Below, one piece after another: positions 63,035 to 64,000 of a DNA stretch of 64,000 bases (position 1 is the stretch's first letter; the number at the start of each line of letters is the position of its first letter). A program made the position numbers and the translations under genes. The stretch spans positions 64,001 to 128,000 of IMG/VR virus record IMGVR_UViG_3300031853_000002. The stretch is one strand, 5' to 3'. The stretch comes from a virus (taxonomy: Duplodnaviria > Caudoviricetes). The notes beneath the pieces were generated by a model. The model was given only the letters and a program-made list of their open reading frames with translations. It was not told where the DNA came from and made no database searches.

Positions 63035-64000
63035 TTAGTAAAACTTGGTCTAAAATATCTTGCTGTACAGCACTACCTAATCTCTTACCTTTATCATCTG
63101 AACGTTTGATACAAGGAAGCTTAGGAGCATCTTTATGAAGTTGAACTTCTATAAGTTTCATTACCTCATTAAGAGGAGCTACTCCACAGTCATTAGTGAG
63201 ATTAGTACCAATACCAGCAACTACATTAATTTTATCTTTAAAATAATCCCTAATAACTTTAAATTTAGGGAATGTAAGAGCATTACTCATAACAAGAGTC
63301 TTAGTCATAGGATTAATATTCATAGACTTATAATGCTCTATAAATAAATCTCCTAATTCCTTTTCATCACCTGAGTCTATACGTGGGCCATCAAACAATT
63401 TACTGTATTTACGTGAGAATTGCTTAATAAAAAACTTAGTTGTATAAGTATCACATAATACAGTACCTAGATCTCCATCGTAACAACGTACCCAATCTCG
63501 CATTGCAAGTTCATTGGCTTGTTGATATCCCCAGATTGCTCCATGAAACATTACCCACTCATGTGGGAATGTACCACAAGGCATCATATTATACTTAAGT
63601 GCAAAGTAAACATTAGAAGTTCCTACGCAAGTCTTTGAGTGTTCTTTTAAATATTGAACTACTAACTCATGCACATTAGAAGAATATCTTCTTCTGGTTC
63701 CAAACTCAGAAAAGATAAGATTTTCCTTATTAGCAAATTCTACCTTTTCTATGAGATTTTTATACATTAAGTTTATATCTGCTTGTATATTAAAGAATTT
63801 ATAATAACATTCAGATACAGTATAAAGAATAGGAACTTCATAAAGTGTTACTTTATAAAGGTAATCTGTCACCCTTATATGTAAGTGTCCATCTTCGTCC
63901 AACCATATTTTTATTTTATCTGGATCAAATCGAAAACTTCTAAGCCATTCCCAATAAGAAATGGGAATAAATCTAGACAACCAAGGATTACAAACTATCT
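63024..64000 (-). CDS. pncB: Nicotinate phosphoribosyltransferase, 5' end beyond window
   Basis: SEFGTRRRYS, GTSNV, GTFPHEW, DTY, RIDSGD, GIGTNLTND and K.SDDKGK. The frame stays open to the window edge. Confidence 0.9.
   Translation of the reverse strand, partial: IVCNPWLSRFIPISYWEWLRSFRFDPDKIKIWLDEDGHLHIRVTDYLYKVTLYEVPILYTVSECYYKFFNIQADINLMYKNLIEKVEFANKENLIFSEFGTRRRYSSNVHELVVQYLKEHSKTCVGTSNVYFALKYNMMPCGTFPHEWVMFHGAIWGYQQANELAMRDWVRCYDGDLGTVLCDTYTTKFFIKQFSRKYSKLFDGPRIDSGDEKELGDLFIEHYKSMNINPMTKTLVMSNALTFPKFKVIRDYFKDKINVVAGIGTNLTNDCGVAPLNEVMKLIEVQLHKDAPKLPCIKRSDDKGKRLGSAVQQDILDQVLLNAA

Noticed and set aside
63024-64000. Calling the PRTase Nampt (NARP2)
   Set aside because: Motifs FGTRRR, GTSNV and HEW are PncB-type, and the adjacent NadE implies the deamidated route.
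1-64000. tRNA (including amber suppressor), CRISPR array, DGR, portal, terminase, holin
   Set aside because: None was recognisable by eye. Intergenic gaps are short and are explained by terminators, promoters or introns. A tRNAscan run would be needed to exclude tRNAs.

Overview
An AT-rich crAss-like (Crassvirales) Bacteroidota phage segment that uses an alternative genetic code. On the + strand (1-59784) TAG is read as Gln (code 15). Once TAG is read through, the fragmented ORF track collapses into 20 long, tightly coupled late genes. In order these are a tail protein ending in a PAP2 acid-phosphatase domain, a small hypothetical protein, a GH108 endolysin, an acidic scaffold-like protein, a major capsid protein split by two group I introns with GIY-YIG endonucleases, capsid/ring/tail-tube and IHF-like genes, and a two-part tail stabilisation/muzzle-like protein. 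After these come internal cargo proteins and four giant ejected proteins: an SF1 helicase-containing protein, a virion RNA polymerase with a third group I intron next to its DYDID active site, a zincin-motif protein and a degenerate PD-(D/E)XK protein. A bidirectional terminator separates these from a TAG-free - strand cluster: dNMP kinase, YqeY-like, Nudix, NadD, NadE and PncB, together a complete nicotinate-to-NAD+ route. The most unusual observations are a head-to-tail terminal-cysteine pattern across the four giant proteins, the phage NAD+ synthesis cluster, the tail-borne tandem PAP2 domains, and a recurrent xxGG motif in the cargo proteins. All translations and counts were done by hand, and no database search was run.
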